A stretch of DNA of 62,619 nt from Poseidonia sp. (GTDB taxonomy: Archaea > Thermoplasmatota > Poseidoniia > Poseidoniales > Poseidoniaceae). Positions within the stretch are counted from its first letter, which is position 1. Each line of letters begins with the position of its first letter. Positions 59,970 through 62,619 of this stretch are shown here, in pieces. The stretch spans positions 1-62,619 of the forward strand of contig JBMZJQ010000004.1 of the NCBI GenBank assembly GCA_049617635.1, given 5' to 3'. The notes under the pieces were generated by a model. The model was not told the DNA's origin. It worked only from the letters and a program-made list of their open reading frames with translations, and did no database searches. Position numbers and translations under genes: made by a program.

Positions 59970-60989
59970 TCACATTTCTTGCTCCTTACTGCTGGTGTAG
60001 ACCAAAATGGCGTAGGCGATGTGGATCATTGGAATGAATCCGAGCACGATGCCGTAGAGCATGCCCTCGCTCATTTGAGCACCGGAACCGGACACCCAGA
60101 ACATGATGACCAACATGACGATCAAAAACAGCGGCATGGCGACGGCAACCACAATGTAGGATTCGGCCAGCAAGGCGATGGATTCGAGGAACATCTGCAA
60201 TCGGGTTCGATTCTCACGCATGTAGTGCTCAGCACGGTTGAGGAAATACAACTTGAGTTGACCACCAGCCGTGAGGGTCCCCACCATCCCTTGGAAAAAT
60301 TCCGTTAGCCAAACCGATGCAGCCCGGTCCACGCTGAGTTTGATGGCCGAAATCAGGTCGTAGCCCAGCAACGTGATGTCACGGTAAATCATCGCTGCGT
60401 CATCTGCCACGTCTCCGTAGATGTCCTTGTTCATGGCCAGCGACCTGAAAATTTTCCCGGGTGTGGCGTTGGCAGCCGACATCGCAGCGGTGTAGGAAGC
60501 GGCGTAAGGAAGGTACTTTTCGATCATGTCCGCTCGGCGGGTGGCTTCACGGGCAGCACCGCCCTTGTTGTACTTGAATCCGGCATAGGGAATAAGGAAG
60601 CCACCGACGGCGACGAGGATGACTTTTAGCGCCGGTGGAAACACTTGGAGGGCATAGTCGGGACAACCGTTACCGGGAAGGCTGGGGTCAACCAGCGTTG
60701 GGTTCCAATACTCCCATTCGAAGCATGGATTCACCGATGCCGCATCTTGGATGCTCTCGTAAAAGGCGATGACGCCGATATCGGGGATGAAGAAAATCGC
60801 CACAAAGGCCCACGACATCAGCGTGATGGCAATGCTCGTGACGATGACCGTAGCGAGGTACACTTCAGGCATCATACCCATGGAACCTTTGACCAAATTG
60901 GCCGAGAGTTCCTTGTCGTTTCGTGCGCGTTTTTTGACGAAACCACCCAGCAAGCGATTACAGATTCGCTGCCATGCTGTCAAGTCCAT
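59970..60989 (-). CDS. Pilus/archaellum platform protein, TadB/FlaJ-like (single T2SSF domain)
   Basis: IEKYLPYAASYTAAMSAANATPGKIFRSLA...DLISAIKLSVDRAAS..FFQGMVGTLTAGGQL plus terminal TM helices. Confidence 0.75.
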   Translation of the reverse strand: MDLTAWQRICNRLLGGFVKKRARNDKELSANLVKGSMGMMPEVYLATVIVTSIAITLMSWAFVAIFFIPDIGVIAFYESIQDAASVNPCFEWEYWNPTLVDPSLPGNGCPDYALQVFPPALKVILVAVGGFLIPYAGFKYNKGGAAREATRRADMIEKYLPYAASYTAAMSAANATPGKIFRSLAMNKDIYGDVADDAAMIYRDITLLGYDLISAIKLSVDRAASVWLTEFFQGMVGTLTAGGQLKLYFLNRAEHYMRENRTRLQMFLESIALLAESYIVVAVAMPLFLIVMLVIMFWVSGSGAQMSEGMLYGIVLGFIPMIHIAYAILVYTSSKEQEM

Positions 60990-61016
60990 TGATTCACACC
61001 TCTGCCATGACCGGGT

Positions 61017-62567
61017 TCACTTGAGACCGTCCACCCTCGCCAAGATTTCGTTGGGTCGAACATAGTATTCCGTCACGATTTGAGACACTTGGTCGGCCTT
61101 GCGGATGTCGTTGAGAACCATCCACTCGAGGATGCGCTTTCGGGTACGCAATTCGCGTCGCATCTCTTCTTGGCTGTAGTTGATCTTGACCATGATTTTC
61201 TCAAGGACATAGGACTTGCCGCTGAAGATGAAATCATCGTTGGTGACGTCCCAACGGAACACTTCGTTGGTGATGACTTCCATGGAGTTGGGGTCGATAC
61301 CGACGATTTCGACGACTTGCTTTGTTCGCCGGACACGGCGGCCGTTGATACGGGTCTGAATCTGAATCGAACAGGCTTCAAGCGCAGGGAGCAACACACG
61401 TGGAATGTCAATGGGTTTGTTTTCCAATCGGTGAACCAGTGACGGAACCGAGTCGGCGTGGACCGTTGAATAGGCGCAGTGGCCCGTGGCCATGGCTTGG
61501 AACAACACGTAAGCTTCAGCACCACGGATTTCACCCACAATGATGTATTCCGGTCGTTCACGAAGGGCTGCTTTGAGCAACTCGAACTCACCGATGACAC
61601 CTTCGTCGCTTTCACCACCAAACCCTTGCCGTGTCAAACCAGGCACCCAGTTGGGTTGAGGAATGTTCACTTCACGGGTTGATTCGATGGACACAATCTT
61701 CATTTGCCAAGGAATGAAAATGCACATGGCGTTGAGCGTCGTGGTCTTTCCAGACGCCGTACCACCGACGAACAGCATGGGGACTTCGTTTTGGAACGCA
61801 ATCCAGAGGTAGGCCACCATCAGCGAGGACATGGTACGGAACGCGACGATGTCGGCGGGTGAGAACGGGTCGTCCTTGAAACGTCGAATACAGAAGGCAG
61901 ACCCTCGAGTAGAGATTTCATGGCCCAATTTCATGACGATGCGAGAACCGTCCATCAGCGTCGCGTCAAGCAGCGGATCGGCAACGGAAATGTGCTTGCC
62001 ACAACGCTGGGCGAGTTTGATGACATAGGACTCCAACTCATGATCGGTTTCCCAAACACAGGTCGTTTCCACCGATTCAAATTTACGATGGTAGGCAAAG
62101 ATAGGGACGTTGGTACCGTCGAGGGAAATGTCCTCAACGTTGACGTCGTTCATCAACACGTCCATCTTTCCGTAACCGATGAGATCACGTCGTAGATAGT
62201 AGAAGATTTTGGACTTGGATTTCTTGTTGATCTTCATGCTGTATGCTTTGATGACCTTGTCCATCGCCGTGCGAACGTAGGCATCGGGATTGGAATCAAT
62301 TTCTTCGATGTTGGCGGTCAGCGAGCGAATGAAAATATCCATGATTTCGTCTCGTTGTTCCTGTTCTTTTTTGGTGAGTGGGGGCTCGATGATTTGGTAG
62401 ATGATGTTGAGCGTGGTTTGGTCGCGGACAATCCTCGCAAAAGCGTGAGGAGGCATCACAGGGTACTTGTCCAATTCATCGTACTGGGCTCGTTGTTTGG
62501 CGCGTTGTCGTCCACCGCCGCCACCGCCTTTTTTTCTTGCCATGGTCACCGACACCCCCGAATGCAT
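61017..62567 (-). CDS. FlaI/TadA/VirB11-family type IV filament assembly ATPase
   Basis: Walker A FVGGTASGKTTTLNA, Walker B PEYIIVGEIRGAEA and a His box AMATGHCAYSTVHA. There is an archaeal-type basic N-terminus. An alternative start is at 62543 (MARKKGG...). Confidence 0.9.
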   Translation of the reverse strand: MHSGVSVTMARKKGGGGGGRQRAKQRAQYDELDKYPVMPPHAFARIVRDQTTLNIIYQIIEPPLTKKEQEQRDEIMDIFIRSLTANIEEIDSNPDAYVRTAMDKVIKAYSMKINKKSKSKIFYYLRRDLIGYGKMDVLMNDVNVEDISLDGTNVPIFAYHRKFESVETTCVWETDHELESYVIKLAQRCGKHISVADPLLDATLMDGSRIVMKLGHEISTRGSAFCIRRFKDDPFSPADIVAFRTMSSLMVAYLWIAFQNEVPMLFVGGTASGKTTTLNAMCIFIPWQMKIVSIESTREVNIPQPNWVPGLTRQGFGGESDEGVIGEFELLKAALRERPEYIIVGEIRGAEAYVLFQAMATGHCAYSTVHADSVPSLVHRLENKPIDIPRVLLPALEACSIQIQTRINGRRVRRTKQVVEIVGIDPNSMEVITNEVFRWDVTNDDFIFSGKSYVLEKIMVKINYSQEEMRRELRTRKRILEWMVLNDIRKADQVSQIVTEYYVRPNEILARVDGLK

Positions 62568-62619
62568 TTTGCTACAACATCTCCCCGACTATAACACTTG
62601 GGTGAAAATCACCACCAAA

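Overview
This is a 62.6-kb, gene-dense, moderately high-GC fragment with about 50 CDS and 1 tRNA. No rRNA, CRISPR array, transposase or integrase is visible.

The replicon is clearly archaeal. Markers in the window are CDP-archaeol synthase, Orc1/Cdc6, a TBP-fold protein, archaeal-type PPAT fused to a DUF359 dephospho-CoA kinase, an HTH_10 regulator, 2-phosphoglycerate kinase, and a FlaI/TadA-type ATPase with a split FlaJ/TadBC platform. It is also loaded with bacterial-looking metabolism: beta-oxidation enzymes, a BoxB-like diiron oxygenase, GlpX, FbaB, biotin carboxylase and a CysJ-like reductase. There are also giant secreted, membrane-anchored proteins. This gene content fits a marine planktonic euryarchaeote of the Marine Group II / Poseidoniales type, but that is inference only.

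The stand-out is a tightly coupled minus-strand operon at 8305-18707: fabI, a 2941-aa megasynthase (KS-AT-carrier-KS-3xACP-KR-DH) and an Sfp-type PPTase. Together these form a complete ACP-dependent type I FAS/PKS (PUFA-synthase-like) system in an archaeal chromosome, 3.6 kb from carS. All three tandem ACP domains carry Thr at the position of the phosphopantetheinyl Ser.

Other items worth a second look:
- a very divergent TBP paralog;
- an EF-Tu-like pseudo-GTPase;
- a PPAT-DPCK fusion preceded by a structured element;
- an orphan 830-aa winged-helix protein next to an AT-rich region with an ORB-like dyad;
- a BoxB-like oxygenase operon with tandem palindromic operators;
- an Epd/Tad-like pilus locus.

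All functional calls come from motif recognition by eye. No searches were run.
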